Assembly (NCBI GenBank): GCA_964016885.1
Contig: OZ024741.1
Location: 210,118,001 to 210,182,000, forward strand
From: Eledone cirrhosa
Lineage: Eukaryota
Direction: 5' to 3'
DNA: 64,000 bases
The notes under the pieces: model-generated
Databases searched by the model: none
Seen by the model: only the letters and a program-made list of their open reading frames with translations
What the model was told of the DNA's origin: nothing
Part shown: in pieces, positions 12,548-24,837 of the stretch
How positions within the stretch are numbered: the first letter of the stretch is position 1
Layout of the letters: each line of letters begins with the position of its first letter
Translations under genes and position numbers: made by a program

Positions 12548-12896
12548 GCCGCTGGGACTTTTAAGAGTGAACGATCCAAGGCCCTCTTCAGGGCCACCAA
12601 GTTTAAATTGTTACCATCGGATTCATCTTTTCTGGCAGCACCGCCGCTGAGATATTTCAAAGTGAACATTAAAAAGTCCTCTTCAGGGCCACCAACTATA
12701 AATTGTTATCGCTGGATTCGTCTTTGCTGGCAGCACCGCCGCTGAGACTTTTAAGAGTGAACGATCCAAGGCTCTCTTTAGGGCCACCAACTTTAAATTG
12801 TTACCATCGGATTCGTCTTTGCTGGCAGCACCGCCGCAGAGATATTTCAAAGTGAACGTTCAAAGGCGATCTTTAGGGCCAACACCTATAAATTAC
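12548..12896 (+). repeat. 95-bp tandem repeat (~3.7 units, ABAB) in the Helitron 3' region
   Basis: Unit starts (GCCGC) at 12548, 12643, 12738, 12833. Confidence 0.92.
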
Positions 12897-12987
12897 TTCT
12901 ATAGTCGTGTTTAACGGAAGTCTTTCGGCTTATTTGAACGACTACTCCATTGAAAGTTATACCGGACAGCGCCGGGTACCTCTGCTA

Positions 12988-13046
<59 letters not shown>

Positions 13047-13095
13047 AATTAAAAAAAGACAGATGGATAGATAGATAAAACACACACACACACAC

Positions 13096-13137
<42 letters not shown>

Positions 13138-13212
13138 CATATACATATAGATAGACAGATATATATCTATATCTATCTATCCATTTATCTATCTATCTAT
13201 CTATTATCTATC

Positions 13213-16200
13213 TTGATAGAGTAAGACACGCTTCACATCGGCTCCGCTATTCCATCGGGATTTACCCTTACTATAGTAAGTACCGGATACATTTTTCAGT
13301 GCAACACATTTGGAACACTAACCCCTGTTAAATATCTATTTTTTTGCCGAAAAATTTCTTTCTTGGCAGCATGGCGGAAAAGATGGCAGACATGTCTGCC
13401 ATTAGCTCTGCCACGCCCCCAAAGTCTGAAGAACAAAAAATAATTACAACAAAATTAGACAACGAAACAAACAAGGAAAATGAAAAAACAAATGTTAAGG
13501 AAAATGAGCAAACGGAAAACAAACAAACAGAAAATAATACAAATAACAACAGGGCAACTTTCGCCCAGAAAACAAAACAATCCATAACATACACACCAAT
13601 TGACTTAACTGCCGCCAGAGAAAAACTGGCCGAAGCGAAAAAACAAATAGTCTTGGGAGAGAACGGAATGTTTTCCATTAACCCCCCCCCCCAGAATTCA
13701 AGAAAGCCAGAACAGAGAGCACAGTTCTCTTCAGAACTATACTGAACCAAACAAGAAAGCCAGCACAGCCCAGCCAAATGGAAATAGAGTTGGTCCTAAA
13801 AGACTATATGAAGAATATTCTCTTCATACGAAAGGACCGACTCTATGGCAGCATTTCGGTCTTAACAAAAGACAAGGAAACGGCGGAGAAGCTTTCCCTA
13901 AGCCCACTCTCATCGACAACATACAGCTTCTATCCCTCCTACATGGGTAGAAGATCACAGAGTAAAAGTAAAAACAATGCTGCCCACAATGGACTTCTGG
14001 TGGGCTATTGCTGGCTTCATAGACATGGGCGAAGACACAATGCTGTCAATGGGGAAGGCAACTGGAGATGCGTTCCTGGGAATGGGCCTCGACATACTAG
14101 TCCAAATGAGGCCCGAAAGAATAGCACAAATCCCGGATCGCATCTGGCTGGATGACCTTACCCCAATAGATATAATTGTAGAGGGGAGAAGACCAGCATG
14201 CTATTTATGCATGGACACGTTAAGGCTAACTGCCCGAAACGTATCCCCCAAAAAGGACTATTGCCCACACCCACCACAAACAGTACACCAACACCACCCA
14301 CCTCCAAAAATACACTAACACCACACACAGCAAACAAAATACAGACACCACCAACCACAAACACAACACAAACATCACCACCACCAAACACAAGCACGAC
14401 ACAAAAATCACCACCACCAACCACAACACAAACATCACCACCACCATCACCAACCACAAGCACGACACAAACATTACCACCACCACCACCACCACCACCA
14501 CAAAACCCATTCCAAACAAATAATAAAAAAAACAGTAACAAATCTACCCCTCCCGCAAAAAAGAAACAACCACACAATACGTCCCTCCCACCTAGCGCTG
14601 AAGAGTTTCCCCCAACTTCTGAAGAAGAAGGAGGAGAAGCCTTCAGACAAGTTAAAAGAAAAAAAAGAAAACACACACCCAGCACACCACAAATAACCCA
14701 CACACAAACACCAACTCCAATCAAAAACACCCCACCCTCAACAAACAAAAATAAATCTGCGCCTCCCCTCTCCGAAACATTGACAGCATCACAAAAAAGA
14801 CGTTGCAATACACATATATAAATAAAGAAAACAAAACACTGGTTAAATTAATAAACAATAACCCTATGGTGCAGACCGAAGGGCCAAACTTTATCTCAAC
14901 AGAGAACTTCACCCATTTAAAAATGATAAAGGTCCCTCTGGACCTTTATCGTTCCTTAAAAGAACAATTTAGACGGGACGTGAGCCCCCCCCCCCCTGTT
15001 TAAAACCGTTAAGTCGCGTCCTCTTGAAAGATTTCCCCATAACCGCCCCTCTCCCTGACACAACTCCAAATACCCCAACCCCACCACACACGGGTACCCC
15101 CACACCACCACAAAACATCCCTCCACCCAACACACCTGATGCCATGGAAATTACACAACCCGGAGAGGTAGGTGCTTTTCTTTCTTCACTTTCAACACCA
15201 AAATAGATCAATTGAGAGTTGGCTGTTTGAACGCGCGTGGCCTGGGCTCAGCTTGGAAGCAAGCAAAGCTTCTAAATGACCTCAGGTCACAAAGTATAGA
15301 TGTGATGGTTGTTTGCGAGAGTCGGATCAGCAGCGTGAGACAGCTGGCGCCCGCCTTCGATGACTTTGAGATGCACGCATCTCTCTGTCAACCCGGAGGC
15401 GGGGGGGGGGGGGAGTTGCCGTAGTGCTGGATAAACGTCTGGCTCTCGACGTACAGATTGTTCACTCGGACCCGGGGGATCGATTACTGGTGCTGGACGC
15501 CGGAGGCGGTGAAGGCGGGGCTTTCAGACTGGTCGGTCTTTATGCCCCCTTCGGGGCGGAAAGAGCCGACTTCTTCCAGCGTCTGGAGACTTTTCTAGGA
15601 ACGTCGCGTTCCCTGCTTTTAGTGGGGGACTGGAATGGAATCCTAGATGCGCGTTGGGACTATGCAGGGGCATGTCCCGATAGAGGGGGTGTGGCAGCCT
15701 CAAGGGGTTACTCGATCGATTCGACCTGGTCGATAGATTTCGACTAGATTGTCCAACTGCGCCAACCTGGACCTGGGCAAACCGCAGTGGACAATCTAGA
15801 TCGTACCTAGATAGGTTTTTGGTTAGGAGTAAGGATAGGGACGTATTTAGTTGTCCAGAACTGATCATGGTTGGCTATTCAGATCACAAATTAGTGACCT
15901 GCGTGGTCAACCTTGATAGAACGCATAGACAGGGTCCCGGTTACTGGAAGATGAACTTGTCCTTGCCGGCAAAGAAAGATTACAGGAACCGGATTAGTAG
16001 CTTAGTTAAGATGCGGTTGACGGGAGCGATTGTCAACAGTAGGTGGTGGGTATCTCTAAAGAGAGAGATTAGAGTAAGTTCGATAGGTTACAGTAAGGAA
16101 CTAGCGGCAAATAGAAATAGGAAGGAAAGGGAGTTAACAGATAAACTAGAAGAGGCGATGAGGAGCGGAGACGTGGCCAGAGTGTTAGCGGCGAGAACGG

Positions 16201-17947
16201 CGTTGAGCCAGTTCTTTGACGCGAAGCACGAAGGCTGCGTTGTCCGAAGTAAAATACGTGCTTTAGGAAACGAGGGGACCAAAGCTGTTAGCTGGGCCCG
16301 CGTGACAGAAGCCAAGAGTGGGATTAAATCCACCATTCGGTCTTTGCGAGACCAGGATGGACGGGTGATCCTTGAACCTGAGCGGATGTGCGAGGCCTTT
16401 CAAAGGCACTTTGTTCGACTGCTCGGAGGGGGCGGGGGGCCAGACGGGGGTGTGGACTTCGGTCCATACCTCGACGGTCTACCGCGTCTTACGAGGGGCG
16501 AAGCGGAGTGCTGCGAAAGGCCAATCACAGCCACTGAAATCGGGGGAGCGCTCAGCCAATGCAGCAGACGCAAATCTCCGGGTCTCGATGGTCTACCATA
16601 CGAACTTTATTTAGCTATGCCGGTCTTGTTCTCCGAACTCCTCGAGGCTGTCTATTGCAACTGGCAACAGAACGGGAGAATTACCTGTTCTGTGACCAAG
16701 GGCGTGGTCACGCTAGTGAGGAAGGACGAGAGCAAAGGGGACGACTTAAGTAACTTTAGGCCCATAACTCTGCTAAATGCAGAGTTACAGATTTTGGCCA
16801 AGGTGTTGGCGAAGAGGTTGGCGCTTGTGGTGGGTGGTTTGGTGGGAGACGCGCACATATGCGCTATCCCGTCCAGGTCCATTCACGACAACCTCCCCCT
16901 CATGCGATACATCGTAGAGAGGGTTGGCAACGAACCCGGCTTTGGTGGGGCCCTGATCAACTTGGATCAATCTAAGGCGTTCGATAGGGTCGACCATGGT
17001 TACCTGGATGCGGTGCTAGCGGCGGCGGGCTTCGGACCCGTTTTCAGGGGCTGGATTTCTGCTATGCACAGTGGCAACATCTACTCTAGGATTAAAGTAA
17101 ACGGCTACCTCTCGGAGCCGTTTCAAATCACCCGGTCCATCAGACAGGGGTGCCCCCTCTCCTCCCTTCTGTACGTATTGACTCTCGAGCCACTGCTGCG
17201 GAAGTTGGAGTTGCTGCGGGGCATACCCCTGGAACTGGGATTGCACAAAGCGGTCTCGGCCTATGCCGACGACGTAACAGTAATAGTGGCGGACGCCTCG
17301 GAAATCGGGGCGATCACCACCCTACTGGAGGAATACGAAAGGCTGACGGGGGCTAGGCTGAACCAGGACAAGTCAGTCGGTTTGCAACTCGGAACGTGGA
17401 GGGGCAAACCGATGCCGTTAGACGGTGTCGTCGGGCGGTGGACGGAGGGCCCGGTGAAGCTGCTCGGGGTCTGGTTCGGACCGGACCTCCAGGTGGAGAA
17501 GAATTGGGGCGAGGTGACGAGCAGGGTGTTTGCGCTGACCCAGAAGTGGGCCAAGTGCAAACTATCACTGAAAGGTCGGGCGGAGGTTTACTTCTTCCGA
17601 TACCACTTCGGAAGAAGGATCAGGATGGAGAGAGAAGTGCTTGGTCCCAGACAGTTTTATGAAAGGTGGGTGAAAGAAGCGAGAATGGCCCGTGTAAATG
17701 GGCCTTCTCTCTACATTGTTCTGTAGGTGAAGAAGTGAAGAGGAAAGGGGGAGCGCCTCCTCTCTGGGCTTCCCCCGCGAAAAGAGTTGCACACTTTTCG
17801 GGGGTATGTGCAATCCCCAACACGCCCCCTCCCTTTTGAGGACTTTTTATTGTTATATTATTATTGTTATTCCTTTTTCTTTACTCGATTTATGTAAACT
17901 CCCCCACTGTGTAAATTCTTTTGTGCCCTCGTGGCAAATAAATAGAA

Positions 17948-17948
<1 letters not shown>
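13213..17948 (+). mobile_element. Tx1 family A copy 2: both ends present, frameshifted ORF1/ORF2, 918-bp in-frame deletion in ORF2
   Basis: Starts TTGATAGAGTAAGACACG after (TATC)n. Junction at 17587/17588 joins copy-1 positions 2169 and 3088 at a GGT microhomology. Confidence 0.92.
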
Positions 17949-17980
<32 letters not shown>

Positions 17981-18181
17981 GATAGAGTAAGACACGCTTC
18001 GCATCGGCTCCGCTATTCCATCGGGATTTACCCTTACTATTGTAAGTACCGGATAAATTTTTTAGTGCAACACATTTGGAATACTAACCCCTGTTATTTA
18101 GGGAAACATTTTTGCATTTACCCCCTTTTTAGGGGGTAAAATAAATATCTATTTTTGCCGAAAAATTTCTTTCTTGGCAGC

Positions 18182-19813
18182 ATGGCGGAAAAGATGGCAG
18201 ACATGTCTGCCATTAGCTCTGCCACGCCCCCCAAGTCTGAAGAACAAAAAATAATTACAACAAAATTAGACATTGAAACAAACAAACAAAATGAAAAAAC
18301 AAATGTTAAGGAAAATGAGCAAACAGAAAACAAACAAACAGAAAATAATACAAATAACGACAGGGCAACTTTCGCCCAGAAAACAAAACAATCCATTACA
18401 TACACACCAATTGACCTAACTGCCGCCAGAGAAAAACTGGCCGAAGCAAAGAAACACATTGTTTTGGGGGAGAACGGAATGTTTTCCATTAACTCCCCCC
18501 CAGAATTCAAGAAAGCCAGAGCAGAAAACACAGTTCTATACAGAACTATACTGAACCAGACAAGAAAGCCAGCACAGCCCAGCCAAATGGAAATAGAGTT
18601 AGTCCTAAAAGACTATATGAAGAATATTCTCTTCATACGAAAGGACCGACTCTATGGCAGCATTTCGGTCCTAACAAGAGACAAAGAAACGGCGGAGAAG
18701 CTTTCCCTAAGCCCACTCTCGTCGACAACATATAGCTTCTATCCCTCCTACATGGGTAGAAGAACACAGAGAGTAAAAGTAAAAACAATGCTGCCCACAA
18801 TGGACTTCTGGTGGGCTATTGCTGGCTTCATTGATATGGGCGAAGACACTATGCTGTCAATGGGGAAGGCAACTGGAGATGCGTTCCTGGGAATGGGCCT
18901 CGACATACTAGTCCAAATGAGGCCCGAAAGAATAGCACAAATCCCGGATCGCATCTGGCTGGATGACCTTACCCCAATAGACATAATTGTAGAGGGGAGA
19001 AGACCAGCATGCTATTTATGCATGGAAAGGGGACACGTTAAGGCTAACTGCCCGAAACGTATCCCCCAAAAAGGACTATTTCCCACACCCACCACAAACA
19101 GTACACCAACACCACCCACCTCCAAAAATACACTAATACCACACACAGCAAACAAAATACAGACACCACCAACCACAAACACAACACAAACATCACCACC
19201 ACCAGCACCAAACACAAGCACGACACAAAAATCACCACCACCAACCACAACACAAACATCACCACCACCATCACCAACCACAAGCACGACACAAACATTA
19301 CCACCACCACCACAAAACCCATTCCAAACAAATAATAAAAAAAACAGTAACAAATCTACCCCTCCCGCAAAAAAAAAACAACCACACAACACGTCTCTCC
19401 CACCTAGCGCTGAAGAGTTTCCCCCAACTTCTGAAGAAGAAGGAGGAGAAGCCTTCAGACAAGTTAAAAGAAAAAAAAGAAAACACACACCCAGCACACC
19501 ACAAATAACCCACACACAAACACCAACTCCAATCAAAAACACCCCACCCTCAACAAACAAAAATAAATCTGCGCCTCCCCTCTCCGAAACATTGACAGCA
19601 TCACAAAAAAAGACGTTGCAATACACATATATAAATAAAGAAAGCAAAAAACTGGTTAAATTAATAAACAATAACCCTATGGTGCAGACCGAAGGGCCAA
19701 ACTTTATCTCAACAGAGAACTTCACCCATTTAAAAATGATAAAGGTCCCTCTGGACCTTTATCGTTCCTTAAAAGAACAATTTAGACGGGACGTGAGCCC
19801 CCCCCCTGTTTAA
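18182..19813 (+). CDS. Tx1 ORF1 (gag-like, CCHC zinc knuckle, Pro/Thr-rich linker)
   Basis: ATG at 18182, open frame, CYLCMERGHVKANC knuckle. A homologous C-terminal extension continues in another frame to 20016. Confidence 0.85.
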   Translation: MAEKMADMSAISSATPPKSEEQKIITTKLDIETNKQNEKTNVKENEQTENKQTENNTNNDRATFAQKTKQSITYTPIDLTAAREKLAEAKKHIVLGENGMFSINSPPEFKKARAENTVLYRTILNQTRKPAQPSQMEIELVLKDYMKNILFIRKDRLYGSISVLTRDKETAEKLSLSPLSSTTYSFYPSYMGRRTQRVKVKTMLPTMDFWWAIAGFIDMGEDTMLSMGKATGDAFLGMGLDILVQMRPERIAQIPDRIWLDDLTPIDIIVEGRRPACYLCMERGHVKANCPKRIPQKGLFPTPTTNSTPTPPTSKNTLIPHTANKIQTPPTTNTTQTSPPPAPNTSTTQKSPPPTTTQTSPPPSPTTSTTQTLPPPPQNPFQTNNKKNSNKSTPPAKKKQPHNTSLPPSAEEFPPTSEEEGGEAFRQVKRKKRKHTPSTPQITHTQTPTPIKNTPPSTNKNKSAPPLSETLTASQKKTLQYTYINKESKKLVKLINNNPMVQTEGPNFISTENFTHLKMIKVPLDLYRSLKEQFRRDVSPPPV

Positions 19814-20012
19814 AACCGTTGAATCGCGTCCTCTTGAAAGATTTCCCCATAACCGCCCCTCTCCCTGACACAACTCCAAATACCCCAACCCCACCACACA
19901 CGTGTACCCCCACACCACCGCAAAACATCCCTCCACCCAACACACCTGATGCCATGGAAATTACGCAACCCGGAGAGGTAAGTGCTTTTCTTTCTTCACT
20001 TTCAACACCAAA

Positions 20013-23000
20013 ATAGATCAATTGAGAGTTGGCTGTTTGAACGCGCGTGGCCTGGGCTCAGCTTGGAAGCAAGCAAAGCTTCTAAGTGACCTCAGGTCAC
20101 AAAGTATAGATGTGATGGTTGTTTGCGAGAGTCGGATCAGCAGCGTGAGACAGCTGGCGCCCGCCTTCGATGACTTTGAGATGCACGCATCTCTCTGTCA
20201 ACCCGGAGGCGGGGGGGGGGGGAGTTGCCGTACTGCTGGATAAACGTCTGACTCTCGACGTACAGATTGTTCACTCGGACCCGGGGGGTCGATTACTGGT
20301 GCTGGACGTCGGAGGCGGTGAAGGCGGGGCTTTCAGACTGGTCGGTCTTTATGCTCCCTTCGGGGCGGAAAGAGCCGACTTCTTCCAGCGTCTGGAGACT
20401 TTTTTAGGAACGTCGCGTTCCCTGCTTTTAGTGGGGGACTGGAATGGAATCCTAGATGCGCGTTGGGACTATGCAGGGGCATGTCCCGATAGAGGGGGGT
20501 GTAGCAGCCTCAAGGGGTTACTCGATCGATTCGACCTGGTCGATAGATTTCGACTAGATTGTCCAACTGCGCCAACCTGGACCTGGGCAAACCGCAGTGG
20601 ACAATCTAGATCGTACCTAGATAGGTTTTTGGTTAGGAGTAAGGATAGGGACGTATTTAGTTGTCCAGAACTGATCATGGTTGGCTATTCAGATCACAAA
20701 TTAGTGACCTGCGTGGTCAACCTTGATAGAACGCATAGACAGGGTCCCGGTTACTGGAAGATGAACTTGTCCTTACCGACAAAGAAAGATTACAGAAACC
20801 GGATTAGTAGCTTAGTTAAGATGCGGTTGACGGGAGCGATCGTCAACAGTAGGTGGTGGATATCTCTAAAGAGAGAGATTAGAGTAAGTTCGATAGGTTA
20901 CAGTAAGGAACTAGCGGCGAATAGAAATAGGAGGGAAAGGGAGTTAACAGATAAACTAGAAGAGGCGATTAGGAGCGGAGACGTAGCCAGAGTGTTAGCG
21001 ACGAGAACGGCATTGAGCCAGTTCTTTGACGCGAAGCACGAAGGCTGCGTTGTCCGAAGTAAAATACGTGCTTTAGGAAACGAGGGGACCAAAGCTGTTA
21101 GCTGGGCCCGCGTGACAGAAGCCAAGAGTGGGATTAAATCCACCATTCGGTCTTTGCGAGACCAGGATGGACGGGTGATCCTTGAACCTGAGCGAATGTG
21201 CGAGACCTTTCAAAGGCACTTTGCTCGACTGTTCGGAGGTGGCGGGGGGCCGGACGGGGATGTGGACTTCGGTCCATACCTCGACGGTCTACCGCGTCTT
21301 TCGAGCGGCGAAGCGGAGTGCTGCGAAAGGCCAATCACAGCCACTGAAATCGGGGAAGCGCTCAGCCAATGCAGCAGACGCAAATCCCCGGGTCTCGATG
21401 GTCTACCATACGAACTTTATTTAGCTAGGCCCTGATCAACTTGGATCAATCTAAGGCGTTCGATAGGGTCGACCATGGTTACCTGGATGCGGTGCTAGCG
21501 GCGGCGGGCTTCGGACCCGTTTTCAGGGGCTGGATTTCTGCCATGCACAGTGGCAACATCTACTCTAGGATTAAAGTAAACGGCTACCTCTCGGAGCCGT
21601 TTCAAATCACCCGATCCATCAGACAGGGGTGCCCCCTCTCCTCCCTTCTGTACGTATTGACTCTCCAGCCACTGCTGCGGAAGTTGGAGTTGCTGCGGGG
21701 CATATCCCTGGAACCGGGATTGCACAAAGCGGTCTCGGCCTATGCCGACGACGTAACAGTAATGGTGGCGGACGCCTCGGAAATCGGGGCGATCGCCACC
21801 CTACTGGAGGAATACGAAAGGCTGACGGGGGCTAGGCTGAACCAGGACAAGTCAGTCGGTTTGCAACTCGGAACGTGGAGGGGCAAACCGATGCCGTTAG
21901 ACGGTGTCGTCGGGCGGTGGACGGAGGGCCCGGTGAAGCTGCTCGGGGTCTGGTTCGGACCGGACCTCCAGGTGGAGAAGAATTGGGGCGAGGTGACGAG
22001 CAGGGTGTTTGCGCTGACCCAGAAGTGGGCCAAGTGCAAACTATCACTGAAAGGTCGGGCGGAGGTGACGAACGCTTACATAGCGTCCGTCATCTACTAC
22101 CGCCTGACCGTCGTGCCTTGCCCCAAGGAAAAGCTCACCATCATGGAACGCATGCTCTTCCAGTTCCTCTGGAAGAAGCGGCCTCCCATGGTGAGGAGAT
22201 CCATCTGCTGCCAGCACCCTTCGAAAGGAGGGCTGGGTATGCCGTGGCTGTTGATGCGTAGGCACGCATTGAGGCTACGGCATCTACAGGTATTCCTCAA
22301 CGGTCAGCCGGTGTGGGCCCCGTTTGTGAGGCGAGCCTTCCCACAGCTCGTCTCGCTCACCGAACTGCAATCCTGGGTGAAGCAAAGACCGAGAAAACTG
22401 GGCAACTGGCACACCGAGTGTGCCCAGGCGCTCACGGCTATTTGGCAAGCGGACCCGACTGTCAGTGGAGAATCCACCTCGACATTCTATAGAGGGTTGG
22501 TGGTTAGCAGGGGCGACGACACCCTTGGAGAGTCGCTAGGCATGGAGGAGGACGAACTGGCCAGCCTGTTCGGTAGAACTTTCGGCCCGGGACCCATGGA
22601 CAACTTCCAGAGGTCCCTAGCATGGCAGTGTTACCGGGGGGCTCTGCCCGTTCGAGAAAAGCTCTACAGACACGGGCGCCCGGGCAGGGATCCCGCGAAA
22701 AAGATCTGTCCCAGATGCGTGCGCGACGAGGAAACCGTTGCGCATGCACTGGTACACTGCCCGGGCGTTGCCGATCTGTGGGGCTACGTCGAACGACTGC
22801 TGTCGCGTGTGGCGCCGATTCGATTAACCGCCGAGTCTGTGGTGAACATCAAGCCGCCTCCTCCCTTCAGAAATGAAGCAGAGGCGGTCTTTCTGTGCGT
22901 AATAGCCATGATGAAAGAGGTTGTGTGGTGGACGCGCCTGAAAGGTCTGAGGTCGGGTGACTTTCTCTCCGGCCATCACCTGGTTTACTTCTTCCGATAC

Positions 23001-23123
23001 CACTTCGGAAGAAGAATCAGGATGGAGAGAGAAGTGCTTGGTCCCAAACAGTTTTATGAAAGGTGGGTGAAAGAAGCGAGAATGGCCCGTGTAAATGGGC
23101 CTTCTCTCTACATTGTTCTGTAG
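20013..23123 (+). pseudogene. Tx1 ORF2 of copy 3 (G-run frameshift at ~20211 and RT deletion)
   Basis: APE N-terminus LRVGCLNARGL; the remainder is nearly identical to ORF 2-3226. Confidence 0.9.
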
Positions 23124-23680
23124 GTGAAGAAGTGAAGAGGAAAGGGGGAGCGCCTCCTCTCTGGGCTTCCCCCGCGAAAAGAGTTGCACACTTTTCGGGG
23201 GTATGTGCAATCCCCAACACGCCCCCTCCCTTTTGAGGACTTTTATTGTTATATTATTATTGTTATTCCTTTTTTCTTTACTCGATTTATGTAAACTCCC
23301 CCCTGTGTAAATGTCCCCTTCTTTTGTGCCCTCGTGGCAAATAAATAGAAATTTATCTATCTATCTATCTCTCTCTCTATATATATGTATATATGTTTAT
23401 GAATATATGTACCACCCTTGCAAGCAGGGAAATATATATATAAATATATATATATATAGTTTATCAAAGTTCTTTCGTTGCACATCTGCAACATCGTCAG
23501 TGGTGCTATTGTTTCCACCCGTTGCATTGTATTGTCTACGCCATCTTGACCGTTGGTCAGTCAATGGCAACATTGAGGACCGAATATAAAAGACACAGAA
23601 GCGAAAAGCGAAAACCAACGAAACAGTGAGTGTGTTCTGTTATTAATTCTGGCAATATTACACACATATATATATATATA

Positions 23681-23850
23681 TTTCTTTATTTGCCACAAAG
23701 GCGCACAAGAAAAGGGGACAATACAAAGACAACCGCCGGAGATTTTACATACAGGCGTGTAAAAATATTATTAAAACAAACAAATTTAACAATAGGGAGG
23801 GGGGGGCGTTACAAATGGGTTGTTTAATACTCCGTCAATAGAACAACCCT
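23681..23850 (-). mobile_element. 5'-truncated 3'UTR fragment of a third Tx1 family
   Basis: Minus strand ends TGTCCCCTTTTCTTGTGCGCCTTTGTGGCAAATAAAGAAA, resembling the family A/B termini. Preceded by TCTATCTATCTA and followed by (TA)n. Confidence 0.7.
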
Positions 23851-24065
23851 ATAGATAGATAGACAGGAGGTTTATACAGGGCATGCTGTGTGTTTCTATT
23901 GCACTGAAGACTTATATTTCTAGATACTTTATTAAATAATTTTGCGTTGGTTTTCTGGTTTTCTGTGACTACGGAGTTGAGTTCTCGGCAGGTTATGTTG
24001 ATCTTCACAAAGAGATTACAGATTCCTAAACGACAACGTTCATTTCACGTTGATCGTCTATGGAC

Positions 24066-24410
24066 ATACTCCTCCTCTCCCTCCTCTCCCTCCTCAGCCT
24101 CGTCCTCGTCCTCCTGCTCCTCCTCGTACCCCCCCCCCCAGCCTCCTTCTCCTTATCCTTTCTCTCTTTCATATCCTCCTCCTCCCTTTCCCCTCCTTCT
24201 CCTTCCTTTCCCCTCATTCTCATCCTCCTCCTCCTCATCCCTTTCCCCTCCTTCTCCTCATCCTCTTCCCTTCCCCCTCCTTCTCCCCCTTCCTCCCTTT
24301 CGCCTCCTCCTCCCTCCTCCTCCCTTCCCCTTCTTATACCCCCCCCCCCCACCTCACCTCCACACCACCACCACCACCACCACCATATTTATCACCATCA
24401 TCATCATCGA
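24066..24410. repeat. CT-rich / (CCT)n, (CAC)n low-complexity tract
   Basis: Direct inspection. Confidence 0.9.
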
Positions 24411-24558
24411 GAAGAATACGTCTAAATCATACACAAAATGCCAGCACCAACAGTTTTGCAAGAGATGTCAACATGAATGGACCTGTTATTTTTATCTAAA
24501 GACATTTTTTCCAATTCCATTCTGCCCGTCCCCTCAATCTATCTAATTTCTCATTCTT

Positions 24559-24594
24559 TCTTCTGACGAAGGACTAGCGTCCGAAACGTTGAGA
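24559..24594 (+). ncRNA. Minimal hammerhead ribozyme motif (PLE pLTR remnant)
   Basis: TCTT-CTGACGA-A-GGAC[TAGC]GTCC-GAAACGTT-GAGA. Confidence 0.7.
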
Positions 24595-24837
24595 CCCTGT
24601 TCCTGCTATATCAATCGTTAACCTAATATATTCCTTCCATATACTGTACCGATTGTGTTGTTATTTCTGTTTACCTTTTTACATACATATATATAGCTGT
24701 GAAAACGGCCGGACCTCAGCCCTCGAGGTCCTGACTGTTTTCATATCACCCACTCTACTACCTTAAGTATCGAGTACTCTGCTGCGTTATGGTTCACCTG
24801 GGATCTTACCACATCCTCTTTGTTATATATATATACA

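Larger units (their letters stand above)
6541..12988 (+). mobile_element. Helitron, decayed, both ends recognisable, inserted in (TA)n
   Basis: 3' hairpin ACCGGACAGCGCCGGGT (12961-12977), then CTAG|T (12985-12989). 5' end TATATAAAA..GTCTGTC..ATGCATTTC merges into (TA)n, so the exact start is uncertain. Contains RepHel remnants. Confidence 0.88.
17979..23351 (+). mobile_element. Tx1 family A copy 3, head-to-tail with copy 2; 331-bp deletion in RT
   Basis: Separated from copy 2 by 30 bp of (TATC)n (17949-17978). Junction at 21427/21428 joins copy-1 positions 1199 and 1531. Confidence 0.92.

Noticed and set aside
12548-12896. CRISPR-like regular repeats (also 26943-27295)
   Set aside because: Whole units are repeated with no unique spacers; eukaryotic context; no cas genes.
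17581-17595. Copy-2 deletion as a spliced-out intron
   Set aside because: The left end is donor-like (GAG|GTGACG) but the right end lacks AG; the GGT microhomology explains it better.
23947-24546. 199-aa Pro/Ser-rich ORF
   Set aside because: Mostly CT-rich low complexity, open in several frames, no ATG start.
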